Shown: positions 25,390 through 35,143, counted from the stretch's first letter. The stretch: DNA of 64,000 bases from Alphaproteobacteria bacterium (GCA_038116985.1 JAYOEZ010000003.1:2091-66090), one strand, 5' to 3'. Numbers and translations: made by a program. The notes: generated from the sequence alone by a model not told the origin.

Positions 25390-27851
25390 GAGCCGGCGCT
25401 TGTACGAAGTGTCTCAAGGGCTGCAAATCGCGGGTCCTTGGCCACCACCCGCCTGGACCTTCGCTTTGGCGGCCGCTGGCTGCGAGCAGGCAGTACAAAT
25501 CGATCCGTGTCTTCCGGCACTCGTCTGTAGCCCAGGAACTTCAATACGGCTGGGAACTCACCCCGGGGGGAACCTACGATCGAACTGAGCTCTGCAGTCG
25601 GCGTGACCGGACCAGAGATTGCCGCGAGGGCCTCGGCCAGTCGTTCTATCGCGTCGATACGGACCCATCGGGCGCCGATGCGGTGGAAACCGGGAGGCGC
25701 TTCACCTGCTCCACAGGGGATCGACACGCGCCCATTTGGAACCGTGGTGATAGTCGCGTCGCCGATGAATGCTCGTCGTAGCTCGGCAATGAGCGCCAGG
25801 CGCCGCGGCTTCAGGATCGCGGGAAGATAAATGAACTGGCGACCAAATCGCACACCAGACTTCTTCAAACGCGTCTTGTCGTCGCTGGATAGCGTGCGGA
25901 TCAATTCGCCGGCGTCGCCACAAGTGATCGCGTCCATCTTCTCGTGAAGACGGTAGACTAGTCCCCGACCTGCTGGGCCGATTTGCATCTTGCTGACCGC
26001 GATGAGCGGGCCAAGTTCCTTCGCGATGTAACCGGCGAGCCAGCGCGAGAGGTGGGAAAGCAGGGACGCTCGCGTGCTGGCATCGACGGTTTCGTGGTCC
26101 ACCAATAGTCGGACATTGGGCCGTGACGCTGAGATGCCCTTTGCGAGGCGGGCGATTGTGGCGTTCCTCCACTCTATGCCGCCGTCGCGCAGACGAAAGT
26201 CATGGCCGGCAGACTTCAGTATTTGCTGTGTCCTCGCGGACAGCGCGTCGGCCAGTTCGTTGCGTACTGCCTTCTCTGCGGATTGAGGCAGGGCCGAGGT
26301 TCGCTCGAAGCGAAGGCCGTTCACGATTCCGACGGCCGCGTCATTGACGCAGACTGTACCGTCACTCTCTACGGCGATTTCGAGATCTCCGGCCTCTTTG
26401 AGCCGCCGCAAAGTCGCCACGTGATGCCGATCGACAAAGCGCTGAGTCAGTCGTTGGTGCAGTGCATCGGAGAGCCTTTCCTCCACCGACCGCGCTCTGC
26501 CTTGCCAATGGGCGGCGTCATCGAGCCAGTCCGCCTGATGCGCGACATAAGTCCAGGTGCGTATATGCGCCAGCCGGTTCTGCAACGTGTCCATGTCGCC
26601 GCCGGTTCGGTCAAGGACGTTGATCTGCCTCGCCAGAAAGTCGTCCGGCAGCTTGCCGCCATCCACCAGATAGCGAAATACGTGCCCGAGAAGACCGACG
26701 TGCGACTCATGTAGCATCTGTTGGAAGTCCGGAATGCTGCACACACGCCACAACGTGGGCACATTGCCGGGCGAGCGTACTGCCCGCGCAATATCTTCTT
26801 CTTTGTAGAGTTGGCGGAGCGCCTTCATGTCGTCTGCCTCGGGGGCGCCGATCAGGAAGTCGTGTCTTGGCGCGGCCTCCAAGCTTGTCAGAAGCCCCGG
26901 CACCGAGGAGTGGTCAAGTCTCGAGTTGCGATAGCGGAGCCGCCTCAATGTTCGATAACGATGGTCCTCGACTGCTGCAATCGTGTCCTCGTCGAGGAGC
27001 GGCGCGTCGCCCGTCGTGCCGAACGTGCCGGCGTTCAGGTATCGTCCGGCGCGGCCGGCGACCTGACCGATCTCGGCCGAGCCAAGCCGCCGCGTGAGCG
27101 CGCCGTCGAATTTCTGCAGTGACGCAAACGCGACGTGCTCGATGCTCAGATTGAGGCCCATGCCGATGGCATCCGTGGCTACCAGATAGTCGACTTCCCC
27201 GGCTTCGAACATGGCCACCTGCGCGTTCCGGGTCCGCGGGCTCAGCGCACCCATGACGACGGCCGCGCCCCCCTTCTGGCGACGCAAGAACTCGGCGAGC
27301 GCATAAACGTCCTCGGCGCGATATGCGATGACGGCCGTTCGCCGAGGCAACCGCGAAAGCTTGCGAGGTCCCAGATAGGTGAGGGCTGACAGACGCGGAC
27401 GCGTTTCGACCCTAGCTCCAGGAACTAGCCGTAGCAGGAGCGGTTTGATCGTGTCTGCGCCGAGGAAGACGGTCTCGCGGCGGCCCCGGGCATGGAGAAG
27501 ACGGTCGGTGAAGACATGTCCCCGTTCCCGGTCGGCGGCCAACTGCACCTCGTCGACCGCAAGAAAGTCGACGGCCCGGTCGATCGGCATGGCTTCAACC
27601 GTGCAGATCCAGTACCGGCTTCCGGGTGGAACGAGGCGCTCCTCGCCGGTAACCAGCGCGACGTGATCGGGATTGGTGCGCGTGCAGACCCTGTCGTAGA
27701 CCTCGCGCGCAAGCAGTCTAAGCGGCAGCCCGATCATGCCGTCCGGATGCGCCAGCATCCTGTCGATTGCCAGGTGCGTCTTTCCGGTGTTGGTCGGGCC
27801 CAGGATCGCATGGACCTGGCCGGGCAATTCGTGATCTGGCGCCTGCGCCAT
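25386..27851 (-). CDS. SUV3-like ATP-dependent RNA helicase-related protein
   Basis: 821 aa with Walker A ILGPTNTGKTH, motif II VDEVQL and helicase-C blocks (ATDAIGMGLNL, QVAGRAGR). It resembles mitochondrial SUV3-type helicases, with a long C-terminal extension. Confidence 0.8.
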   Translation of the reverse strand: MAQAPDHELPGQVHAILGPTNTGKTHLAIDRMLAHPDGMIGLPLRLLAREVYDRVCTRTNPDHVALVTGEERLVPPGSRYWICTVEAMPIDRAVDFLAVDEVQLAADRERGHVFTDRLLHARGRRETVFLGADTIKPLLLRLVPGARVETRPRLSALTYLGPRKLSRLPRRTAVIAYRAEDVYALAEFLRRQKGGAAVVMGALSPRTRNAQVAMFEAGEVDYLVATDAIGMGLNLSIEHVAFASLQKFDGALTRRLGSAEIGQVAGRAGRYLNAGTFGTTGDAPLLDEDTIAAVEDHRYRTLRRLRYRNSRLDHSSVPGLLTSLEAAPRHDFLIGAPEADDMKALRQLYKEEDIARAVRSPGNVPTLWRVCSIPDFQQMLHESHVGLLGHVFRYLVDGGKLPDDFLARQINVLDRTGGDMDTLQNRLAHIRTWTYVAHQADWLDDAAHWQGRARSVEERLSDALHQRLTQRFVDRHHVATLRRLKEAGDLEIAVESDGTVCVNDAAVGIVNGLRFERTSALPQSAEKAVRNELADALSARTQQILKSAGHDFRLRDGGIEWRNATIARLAKGISASRPNVRLLVDHETVDASTRASLLSHLSRWLAGYIAKELGPLIAVSKMQIGPAGRGLVYRLHEKMDAITCGDAGELIRTLSSDDKTRLKKSGVRFGRQFIYLPAILKPRRLALIAELRRAFIGDATITTVPNGRVSIPCGAGEAPPGFHRIGARWVRIDAIERLAEALAAISGPVTPTAELSSIVGSPRGEFPAVLKFLGYRRVPEDTDRFVLPARSQRPPKRRSRRVVAKDPRFAALETLRTSAGS

Positions 27852-28032
27852 GGTTGCAACAGATCAGAATGGATATGGCGGGCGCAAGGGCTCCAGCATC
27901 AATTTCCACTTGTAAGGATTACCGGATTCATCATATGCGCAATCTGGACACCACAGGTGTTCGCCCCGGTGCCGCGATCGCCAGCGACCGGGGACAACCC
28001 GGCGATGCTCGACGGACCGTCGCCCTAGACAA

Positions 28033-29943
28033 ATGAAAGAACCCCAGGCCAACGGGCCCGGCCGCACGCTCGGCCCGGTCTCCGATCTCGAACGCCACCT
28101 TCCCGCTGACTGGTGGCAGACGCTCTTCAACTCGCTCTATCTCAAGACTGACGGCGACGTCGTCGAGAACGCAGCGAACACCAAGACGGATATCGACCTC
28201 CTTCTGGCGACGGCCGGGCTTGAGGTGAACGATCAGATTCTCGATCTGTGCTGCGGACAGGGGCGCCATACGCTCGAACTGGCGCGCCGCGGGTTCCGAC
28301 AGGTCACCGGCGTCGACCGCTCGCGTTATCTGGTCCGGCTTGCCCGCACGCGAGCACGCAAGGAAGGGCTCACCGCTACCTTTCGTGAGGGCGACGCACG
28401 CTCGGTCCGGCTCAAGCCTGGCTCGTTCCATTGCGTGATGATGATGGGGAACTCGTTCGGCTACTTCGATAGCGAGGAAGACGACGCGGCGGTACTGGAG
28501 ACGGCCCAAAGAGTGCTCGTGTCGAAGGGTACGTTGGTGATGGACATCACCGACGGCGAGTGGACGCGCCAAAACTTCGAGCGGCGCTCGTGGGAGTGGG
28601 TGGACCAGAATCATTTTGTGTGTCGCGAACGCAACCTGGCCAGTGACGGGCGCCGGCTGATCTCGCGCGAGGTCATCGTGCACGCCGAACGGGGTGTTCT
28701 TGCGGACCAGTTCTATTCCGAGCGCTTGTACACGCGCAGGGAGATTCAGGAACTGCTGGAATCAGTCGGCTTCAGTCAGGTTCGGTTCCACGCCGACGTC
28801 CAAAGCGACTCATCGCGCAATCAAGATCTCGGGATGATGGCGCATCGCTTCTTTCTCACCGCTGAGGCCCCGGCCAAGTTAGCGGCGGCGAAGGCGCGCG
28901 TGGTCCCTTATCCCGAAGTTACCGTCCTGCTTGGCGATCCGCGGCTCCCGGACAGCGTCAAGTTGAACGGCAAATTCAACGCTGAGGACCTCGACACCAT
29001 CCAGAAGCTCAAGGACGCGTTGTCCGAGGTCGCGGACGTGTCGTTTTCCTATCTCGACAACCACCAGGCCCTGTGGGCTGAGTTAAGGAACCATCCGCCA
29101 GCATTTGTCCTCAACCTGTGCGACGAAGGTTTCAACAACGACGCGTTTCTCGAACTGCATGTGCCGGCCATGCTCGAGGTTCTGGGTATTCCCTACTCCG
29201 GGTCCGGGCCGGCGACGCTTGGCACCTGTTACGACAAGGCGCTCGTTCGCGCCATCGCACAGTCGCTCGACGTCCCGGTGCCGTCCGAGACTTTCTTTGA
29301 CCCTGCAGACCAGGCGGCAACGCTGCCCGGTATCTTTCCGGCGATGATCAAGCCGAATCAGGGCGATTCGAGTATTGGCATTACTAAGAACGCCGTGGTG
29401 CGCACGCCGGAGCAGGCGATCGACTACATCGCGGAGCTTCGCGAAATCCTGCCGGGCCGACCGCTTCTCGTTCAGGAATATCTTGAAGGTGCTGAGTACT
29501 CGGTGGGCATCGTTGGAAATCCCGGTTTCGACTATCACGTGCTGCCGATCCTTGAAGTCGACTACGAAGGACTTGAGGCCGGCCTGCCCAGAATTCTGGG
29601 CTACGAATCGAAATGGGACCCGACCTCTCCCTACTGGACGCAGATCAAGTACAAGGAAGCGGAGATCTCAGAAGACATCCGGCGCAATCTCGCGGACTAC
29701 TCAAGAAAGATGTTCGAGCGCCTCGGCTGCCGCGACTACGCGCGTTTTGACTTTCGCACCGACGCCGACGGGCAGGCCAAGTTGCTGGAGGTCAACCCGA
29801 ATCCCGGCTGGTCGTGGGACGCCAAGATGAACCTGATGGCCGGTTTCGAGGGCTTGCGCTACGCCGACCTGTTGCGACTGATCGTCGAAGCAGCTCAGGC
29901 GCGCACCGCCGCCGCGCGCGGTGGCGCGGCGGAAGCGGCGTAG
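28033..29943 (+). CDS. Fusion protein: class I SAM-dependent methyltransferase (N) + D-Ala-D-Ala-ligase-like ATP-grasp (C)
   Basis: 636 aa in a single uninterrupted frame. N-terminal half has motif I ILDLCCGQGRHTLELARRG plus VTGVDRS, EGDARS and VMMMGNSFGYF. C-terminal half has Ddl/ATP-grasp blocks (LCDEGFNNDAFLELHVPAMLEVLGIPYSGSG, CYDKALVR, PAMIKPNQGDSSIGI, LLVQEYLEGAEYSVGIVGN, YARFDFRTDADGQAKLLEVNPNPGW). Confidence 0.8.
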   Translation: MKEPQANGPGRTLGPVSDLERHLPADWWQTLFNSLYLKTDGDVVENAANTKTDIDLLLATAGLEVNDQILDLCCGQGRHTLELARRGFRQVTGVDRSRYLVRLARTRARKEGLTATFREGDARSVRLKPGSFHCVMMMGNSFGYFDSEEDDAAVLETAQRVLVSKGTLVMDITDGEWTRQNFERRSWEWVDQNHFVCRERNLASDGRRLISREVIVHAERGVLADQFYSERLYTRREIQELLESVGFSQVRFHADVQSDSSRNQDLGMMAHRFFLTAEAPAKLAAAKARVVPYPEVTVLLGDPRLPDSVKLNGKFNAEDLDTIQKLKDALSEVADVSFSYLDNHQALWAELRNHPPAFVLNLCDEGFNNDAFLELHVPAMLEVLGIPYSGSGPATLGTCYDKALVRAIAQSLDVPVPSETFFDPADQAATLPGIFPAMIKPNQGDSSIGITKNAVVRTPEQAIDYIAELREILPGRPLLVQEYLEGAEYSVGIVGNPGFDYHVLPILEVDYEGLEAGLPRILGYESKWDPTSPYWTQIKYKEAEISEDIRRNLADYSRKMFERLGCRDYARFDFRTDADGQAKLLEVNPNPGWSWDAKMNLMAGFEGLRYADLLRLIVEAAQARTAAARGGAAEAA

Positions 29944-30008
29944 CTTGGTTGGTTTGACCGAAAAACCGGGCTTCCTCATACTGCCGCGCTCCGGGACAAG
30001 AGGCACGT

Positions 30009-32153
30009 ATGGTGGATTTTCCCAAGCGCGGCGCCGCAGATTGGCAGGCGCTGGCCGAAAAGGAACTCAAGGGCGCGTCGGTCGAAGACCTCGACTGGGA
30101 GACCCCTGAAGGGATCAAGGTGAAGCCGCTCTACGGCGCCGAGGACGGCCCCGGCCTGAGCGAGGGCGCCATCCCCGGAGCGGCACCGTTTCTGCGCGGG
30201 CCGCGCGCGACCATGTACGCGAACCGTCCCTGGACGATCCGTCAGTACGCCGGGTTTTCGACGGCAGAGGATTCCAACGCGTTCTATCGCCGGGCGCTCG
30301 CTGCCGGGCAGACCGGCCTGTCGGTCGCATTCGATCTGGCGACGCATCGCGGCTACGACTCGGATCATCAGCGGGGCGAGGGCGATGGGGGCAAGGCCGG
30401 AGTCGCGATCGATTCGGTCGAGGACATGAAAATTCTGTTCGATGGCATTCCGCTCGATCAGGTCTCGGTGTCGATGACGATGAATGGCGCGGTGTTGCCG
30501 GTGCTGGCGGGCTACGTCGTTGCGGCCGAAGAGCAGGGGGTCCCTCAGGACAAGCTTTCGGGGACGATCCAGAACGACATCCTCAAGGAGTTCATGGTTC
30601 GCAACACCTACATCTATCCGCCGGAACCGTCGATGCGGATCGTTGCGGATATCATCGGTCACACAGCGGCGCACATGCCGCGGTTCAATTCGATCTCTAT
30701 CTCCGGCTACCACATGCAAGAAGCTGGTGCGACGCTGGTCCAGGAGCTCGCGTATACGCTGGCTGACGGCGTCGAATACGTGAAGGCAGCGCTTGCCGCG
30801 GGCCTCGATGTCGACGCGTTCGCGCCTCGGCTCTCGTTCTTCTTCTGCATCGGCATGAATTTCTTCATGGAAGTTGCCAAGCTCCGCGCGGCGCGATTTC
30901 TGTGGGCTGAGTTGATGCAGCAATTCGAACCCAAGGATCCCCGCTCGCTATCGCTGCGAACCCATTGCCAGACGTCTGGTGTGTCGCTCACCGAACAGGA
31001 TCCGCACAACAATATCGTCCGGACAGCCTACGAGGCATTGGCTGCGGTGCTCGGTGGTACCCAGAGCCTCCACACCAATGCGTTCGACGAAGCGTTGGCG
31101 CTACCCTCGGAGCTGTCGTCGCGAATCGCGCGTAACACGCAGCTGATTCTGGCCGAGGAGGCCGGCGTGACGCGCGTCATCGATCCGCTGGGTGGGTCGT
31201 ACTATGTCGAGTCGCTGACGAAGTCCCTGGTCGAGGAAGCGCGCCAGCTCATCGCAGAGATCGACGGTGTCGGGGGCATGACCAAGGCCGTTGGGCAGGG
31301 ACTGCCGAAACTGCGGATCGAGGAATCAGCAGCGCGCAAGCAGGCGCGCATCGATCGCGGGGAAGAGGTCATCGTCGGCGTGAACAAGTACCGCCGCGAC
31401 GAGACCGATGAGGTCGAACTGCTGGAGGTCGACAACCGCAAGGTACGTGCACAGCAGGTCGCTCGTCTTGAGAAGATCAGGAGTGCGCGTGATGCGGGGG
31501 CCGTCGATGCTGCGCTCGCTGCGTTGCGCGAGGGCGCGCAGGGGAACGGGAACCTTCTCGCCCTGTCAATCGACGCGATGCGCGCGCGCGCGACCGTCGG
31601 CGAGGTCTCAGACGCCCTTGAGAGCGTCTTTGGACGGCACACTGCGCAGACCCAGGCGATCTCCGGGGTCTATGGCGATGCTTTCCAGGAGGATCAATCT
31701 TTCGCCGAGACGCGCGCTGCGATTGAGCGGTTCGCAGCACGCGAAGGCCGTCGTCCGCGCATTCTGGTCGCCAAGCTGGGCCAGGACGGTCACGACCGTG
31801 GCGCGAAGGTGATCGCGACGGCGATGGCCGACCTCGGCTTCGATGTTGATATCGGTCCGCTGTTTGCCACCCCCGATGAAGCTGCCAAGCAGGCGGTCGA
31901 GAACGACGTCCATGTGATAGGGATTTCGTCGCAGGCGGCTGGCCACAAGACGCTGGTGCCGCAGATCATCGAGGCCCTGCATGCGCAGGGCGCTACGAAC
32001 ATCGTCGTCGTCGTTGGCGGGATCATTCCGCCGAAGGACTATGAGTTCCTGTACAAGGCTGGTGTCGGCGCCATCTTCGGGCCGGGCAGTAACATCGTCA
32101 GCGCGGCCGACCGCATTTTGACGCTACTAGGGGACAACCGGGAAGCTGCCTAG
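30009..32153 (+). CDS. scpA: Methylmalonyl-CoA mutase (large, B12-binding)
   Basis: 714 aa with typical MCM blocks ([50 protein letters not shown]) and a C-terminal B12-binding DxHxxG ([14 protein letters not shown]). Confidence 0.95.
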   Translation: MVDFPKRGAADWQALAEKELKGASVEDLDWETPEGIKVKPLYGAEDGPGLSEGAIPGAAPFLRGPRATMYANRPWTIRQYAGFSTAEDSNAFYRRALAAGQTGLSVAFDLATHRGYDSDHQRGEGDGGKAGVAIDSVEDMKILFDGIPLDQVSVSMTMNGAVLPVLAGYVVAAEEQGVPQDKLSGTIQNDILKEFMVRNTYIYPPEPSMRIVADIIGHTAAHMPRFNSISISGYHMQEAGATLVQELAYTLADGVEYVKAALAAGLDVDAFAPRLSFFFCIGMNFFMEVAKLRAARFLWAELMQQFEPKDPRSLSLRTHCQTSGVSLTEQDPHNNIVRTAYEALAAVLGGTQSLHTNAFDEALALPSELSSRIARNTQLILAEEAGVTRVIDPLGGSYYVESLTKSLVEEARQLIAEIDGVGGMTKAVGQGLPKLRIEESAARKQARIDRGEEVIVGVNKYRRDETDEVELLEVDNRKVRAQQVARLEKIRSARDAGAVDAALAALREGAQGNGNLLALSIDAMRARATVGEVSDALESVFGRHTAQTQAISGVYGDAFQEDQSFAETRAAIERFAAREGRRPRILVAKLGQDGHDRGAKVIATAMADLGFDVDIGPLFATPDEAAKQAVENDVHVIGISSQAAGHKTLVPQIIEALHAQGATNIVVVVGGIIPPKDYEFLYKAGVGAIFGPGSNIVSAADRILTLLGDNREAA

Positions 32154-32530
32154 TCGTCGCTGCGCGCGTCCTGTGCCTTTCGCCCCGCAGTCTTGACTAC
32201 ACGAGTCCGGCGCGGACGCGACGGGGAGGGACTGGGACTTGCCGTGGGTGCATCAGGCCACGGAGAAAACGGCCAAGGGCGCTGATCCGATGCAAACGTT
32301 TCGAACAAGACGATTTGAGCGATGAAACGGCTGAGACTTGCGCCGAAACTCGACAATCGGGGCAGGGCCTTACCGGTTATTAACTTAAAGCCGATCTGAA
32401 TGAGAGCGACGGCACCGCCGATCCAGGCCGCGATGTAGAAAGCGCCCGCGTAGAGGACCATGAAGAGGAGGCGAATCCAGACCTCCGGACTGGTCAGATT
32501 GTTGGCGATTTCGGTATCTCGTTCTGACAT
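32150..32530 (-). CDS. Small membrane protein (DUF4389-like)
   Basis: Track ORF is 32150..32611. I chose the ATG at 32530 ([51 protein letters not shown], two TM segments). The family name is from memory and uncertain. Confidence 0.55.
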   Translation of the reverse strand: MSERDTEIANNLTSPEVWIRLLFMVLYAGAFYIAAWIGGAVALIQIGFKLITGKALPRLSSFGASLSRFIAQIVLFETFASDQRPWPFSPWPDAPTASPSPSPSRPRRTRVVKTAGRKAQDARSDD

Positions 32531-32682
32531 TGGGGTCTGACGGGATGCTGTGTCTGGCCGCAACAAAGCGGCTGGTAGGGTGGAAACTGCCACGATTCGG
32601 CGTGCTGTCACAATGCCGCCGCTGGCACGTGGCGCAGACAGGGGGCGGATGGGCCCCTATCATGGGGTCCAGGTAACGGACG

Positions 32683-33933
32683 ATGGCACGCAGACCGGTC
32701 AACAGGCGCACCGCGCCCGAAGCGCCAGACCCGCCTTGGGTTTCGGAGCGGGATGATGCGGGCCCGGCGCCTATCGAACCGGATTGGGCCAACGACGGCC
32801 CACCCGAACCGCTGGAGCCCTACGAGCCAGGATGGGCCAACGCGCCAGCCCCAACGACCCCAGAACGCATCGATCCGCCATGGGCGGAACCCGAAGACGT
32901 CGACGAAGATACGCTTCGTTCTGCGCTGGCGGAGCCGATTCCCGTCGATCCGCCGTGGGCAAGCGAAGATCGGACGCCGCCCAAGCCCATCGATCCTCCC
33001 TGGGCCGAGGATTTGCGGCCTGACGATACGCCGCCGGAACCCATTGAGCCGGACTGGGCTCAGGACGCCGCTGCCGACAATGCGGCGGCGAGCCCGCCCG
33101 CCGATCCGCCCTGGCTTGATGATCCACCGTTGCGGCGTGAGCCGGTTCGCCTACGTGGACCCATCGACCCGCCTTGGGTACCCGACGACGTCAGCGATGC
33201 GCTGGATGCGGAAAACGAGGATGAGGGTGCTGCAGCGCCGTTCGAACCGGACTGGGCGCGCACCGAACCGGCGCGTTCGTCGCCCGCCCGGCCCATTGAT
33301 CCTCCATGGGTGCCTGACGATGTCAGCGAGGCGCTCGAGGCGGAAGAGCAAGGTGAGGCGCAGGCCTTCGAGCCCGACTGGGTCGAAGGCCCGCGGTTCC
33401 GGCGTCGCGCGCCGCCCAAGCCGATCGACCTCGACTGGGAGCCGCGACAGGCGGCGCGGAAGCCAGCGCCGATCGAGCCCGACTGGGCGGGGAACGACGA
33501 TTCTCAGGCAGAGCCGTCCCCCAAGGTATTTGATCCGGGTTGGGAGCCCACCCAGCGCGGCGCACCATCACCGCCACCGCCACCCGTTGAGCCGTCCTGG
33601 GCGGCGGAAACACAGGCCGAAGTGGAACAACAGCGCACCGATCCCTTTGAAGGGTCGTTTGACGAGGACACGCCGCCCATGACCATAGACGACAACTCCG
33701 TCAAGAAAGGCGCAGGCCGGTTGCGCAGACTGATGTCGTCCGAAGCCCTGAGGCCGTTCGGTCGCGCCAAGCGCCAGGCTGCCCGTCGCGCCGAGGAACG
33801 CCAGGCGCTGATCAGCAATGCAATGCGGATTCGCGCCGAAACGCGCGAAGCCCTGGGCGAAGAAAACGTCGACCGTCTCTACGAGGCCCTCATGGGTAGT
33901 CCGCCACCGCGCGAGGACGATTCCAACAGCTAG
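32683..33933 (+). CDS. Acidic/proline-rich repeat protein with 16 [IVF][DE]P[PD]W[AV] motifs and a basic helical C-terminus
   Basis: 416-aa ORF. All 16 Trp residues lie in the same hexapeptide motif. The C-terminal approximately 90 aa is non-repetitive (GRAKRQAARRAEERQALISNAMRIRAETREALGEENVDRLYEAL). No signal peptide or TM segment, and the family is not recognised. Confidence 0.6.
   Translation: MARRPVNRRTAPEAPDPPWVSERDDAGPAPIEPDWANDGPPEPLEPYEPGWANAPAPTTPERIDPPWAEPEDVDEDTLRSALAEPIPVDPPWASEDRTPPKPIDPPWAEDLRPDDTPPEPIEPDWAQDAAADNAAASPPADPPWLDDPPLRREPVRLRGPIDPPWVPDDVSDALDAENEDEGAAAPFEPDWARTEPARSSPARPIDPPWVPDDVSEALEAEEQGEAQAFEPDWVEGPRFRRRAPPKPIDLDWEPRQAARKPAPIEPDWAGNDDSQAEPSPKVFDPGWEPTQRGAPSPPPPPVEPSWAAETQAEVEQQRTDPFEGSFDEDTPPMTIDDNSVKKGAGRLRRLMSSEALRPFGRAKRQAARRAEERQALISNAMRIRAETREALGEENVDRLYEALMGSPPPREDDSNS
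32725..33603 (+). repeat. Intragenic array of 16 diverged short coding repeats (xDPPWx / xEPDWx)
   Basis: Motifs sit at residues 15-20 through 302-307 of the 32683..33933 product. The first four Trp are exactly 16 residues apart. A longer diverged duplication is visible (GPIDPPWVPDDVSDALDAENEDEGAAAPFEPDWA versus RPIDPPWVPDDVSEALEAEEQGEAQAFEPDWV). Confidence 0.85.
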
Positions 33934-33997
33934 GCGACGAGCCGGGTCGCGCTGGGTTAGAAAGGCCGCGCGAACAACGCCCTTTCACACAGGACCG

Positions 33998-35002
33998 ATG
34001 AGTCAACACGAGCACGACGATGATGCGCTGGCCGAAGCGATTGCTGCGGGAAACCGGCGTGCGCTTGCGCGAGGGATCACGCTCGTGGAGTCGGACCTTC
34101 TCGCACACCAGGCGCGGGCCGAGTCGCTGCTCGGCAAGCTGCTGCCTCGAACCGGGGCCGCGCGGCGGCTTGGCATCTCCGGTCCGCCAGGCGTTGGCAA
34201 ATCGACGTTTGTCGAGGCCTTGGGTCTCCATGCAGCGGAACAAGGCGCGAAGGTGGCGGTTCTCGCCATTGATCCGTCGAGCCGCATCTCGGGTGGGTCG
34301 ATCCTTGGCGACAAGACCCGCATGGAGGAACTCACGCGACATCCCTCGGCCTTTGTCAGGCCGTCGCCCGCCGGTCGGACGCTGGGTGGGGTCGCCCGTC
34401 GCACACGCGAGGCAGCCCTACTGTGCGAAGCGGCTGGCTTCGACCTAGTCGTCGTCGAAACGGTGGGCGTGGGACAATCCGAGGCCGCGGTCGCGGATAT
34501 GGTGGATATCTTCGTTCTCTTGCTCGCGCCGGGCGGCGGCGACGAACTCCAGGGGATCAAGCGCGGCATCGTTGAACTGGTCGACCTGGTTGTCGTCAAC
34601 AAGTCAGACGGCGATCTGCGCGATGCGGCGGGACGAATTGCCGCTGACTACCATGGCGCGCTGGGGCTCCTGCGGACGCAGTCTCGGCACTGGCGGCCGG
34701 AGGTCGTGCAATGCTCGGCGCTGGAGAAGAGGGGAATCGACACGGTGTGGAGCGTCCTGGAGCGCTGTGCCGCGGCCCTGCAGGAGGGCGGTGATTGGGC
34801 CAGCCGCCGCCGCCGTCAGCTTCGTGATTGGATGTGGCAGGAGGTCACCGACGGAATCCTTGATGCGCTGCGCCGCGACGACGCCGCGGCCGGCTTGGCC
34901 CGCAGCCTGGAGACAGAAGTGGCGGAAAGCCGCTTGCTGCCGCCCAAAGCAGCCAGGCAGGTGCGCGAAGCGTTCCTGGGGACACGGGCCTTAACCGGCT
35001 GA
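33998..35002 (+). CDS. meaB: Methylmalonyl-CoA mutase-associated GTPase MeaB (ArgK)
   Basis: The track ORF starts at 33818. The ATG at 33998 gives MSQHEHDDDALAEAIAAGNRRALARGITLVES, a typical MeaB N-terminus. P-loop GPPGVGKST, plus VETVGVGQSE and NKSDGD (NKxD). Confidence 0.9.
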   Translation: MSQHEHDDDALAEAIAAGNRRALARGITLVESDLLAHQARAESLLGKLLPRTGAARRLGISGPPGVGKSTFVEALGLHAAEQGAKVAVLAIDPSSRISGGSILGDKTRMEELTRHPSAFVRPSPAGRTLGGVARRTREAALLCEAAGFDLVVVETVGVGQSEAAVADMVDIFVLLLAPGGGDELQGIKRGIVELVDLVVVNKSDGDLRDAAGRIAADYHGALGLLRTQSRHWRPEVVQCSALEKRGIDTVWSVLERCAAALQEGGDWASRRRRQLRDWMWQEVTDGILDALRRDDAAAGLARSLETEVAESRLLPPKAARQVREAFLGTRALTG

Positions 35003-35143
35003 AAAAAATAGGAAAAACTGGAGGCCGAGGGGCCGCTTGTTGGGTCGCTGGGGCTGAGCTGAGCGCCACCTTGACGCCCAGAGGCAGGGCCATTAAACAA
35101 ACGCCCCTTCGGCTAGGGCCGAATGCAGATTGAGAGGAAGTCC

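Noticed and set aside
25386-29943. Divergent helicase + methyltransferase pair as a candidate restriction-modification or defence module
   Set aside because: The helicase is SUV3-type and sits in a conserved housekeeping context (fdxA / S4). The methyltransferase half has small-molecule class I motifs but no DNA-methyltransferase motif IV or target-recognition domain. No nuclease domain was seen.
29976-30923. 315-aa minus-strand ORF (similar cases at 1489..2550, 9911..10957, 27931..28683, 50366..51349, 52808..53734, 62075..62806 and 62761..63528)
   Set aside because: All are antisense or out-of-frame shadows of strongly supported genes (mcm, cfa/SDR, the amidohydrolase partner, the methyltransferase fusion, secA, ppiC, NMO, ptsP). 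They have Arg-rich junk composition and no start context.
32725-33603. Repeated DPPW resembles motif IV (DPPY/F/W) of N6-adenine DNA methyltransferases; the repeat array could also be mistaken for a CRISPR-like or satellite repeat
   Set aside because: There are sixteen copies in an acidic, Pro-rich, low-complexity context, with no SAM-binding FxGxG motif and no target-recognition domain. The DNA copies are short, diverged, in frame and irregularly spaced. It is a protein-level motif array, not a methyltransferase or a CRISPR array.
32753-33682. 309-aa alternative-frame ORF (and several minus-strand ORFs) inside the W-motif repeat gene
   Set aside because: It is an Arg/Pro/Ser-rich translation without periodic structure. 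The frame starting at 32683 uniquely yields the regular W motif and a structured C-terminus.
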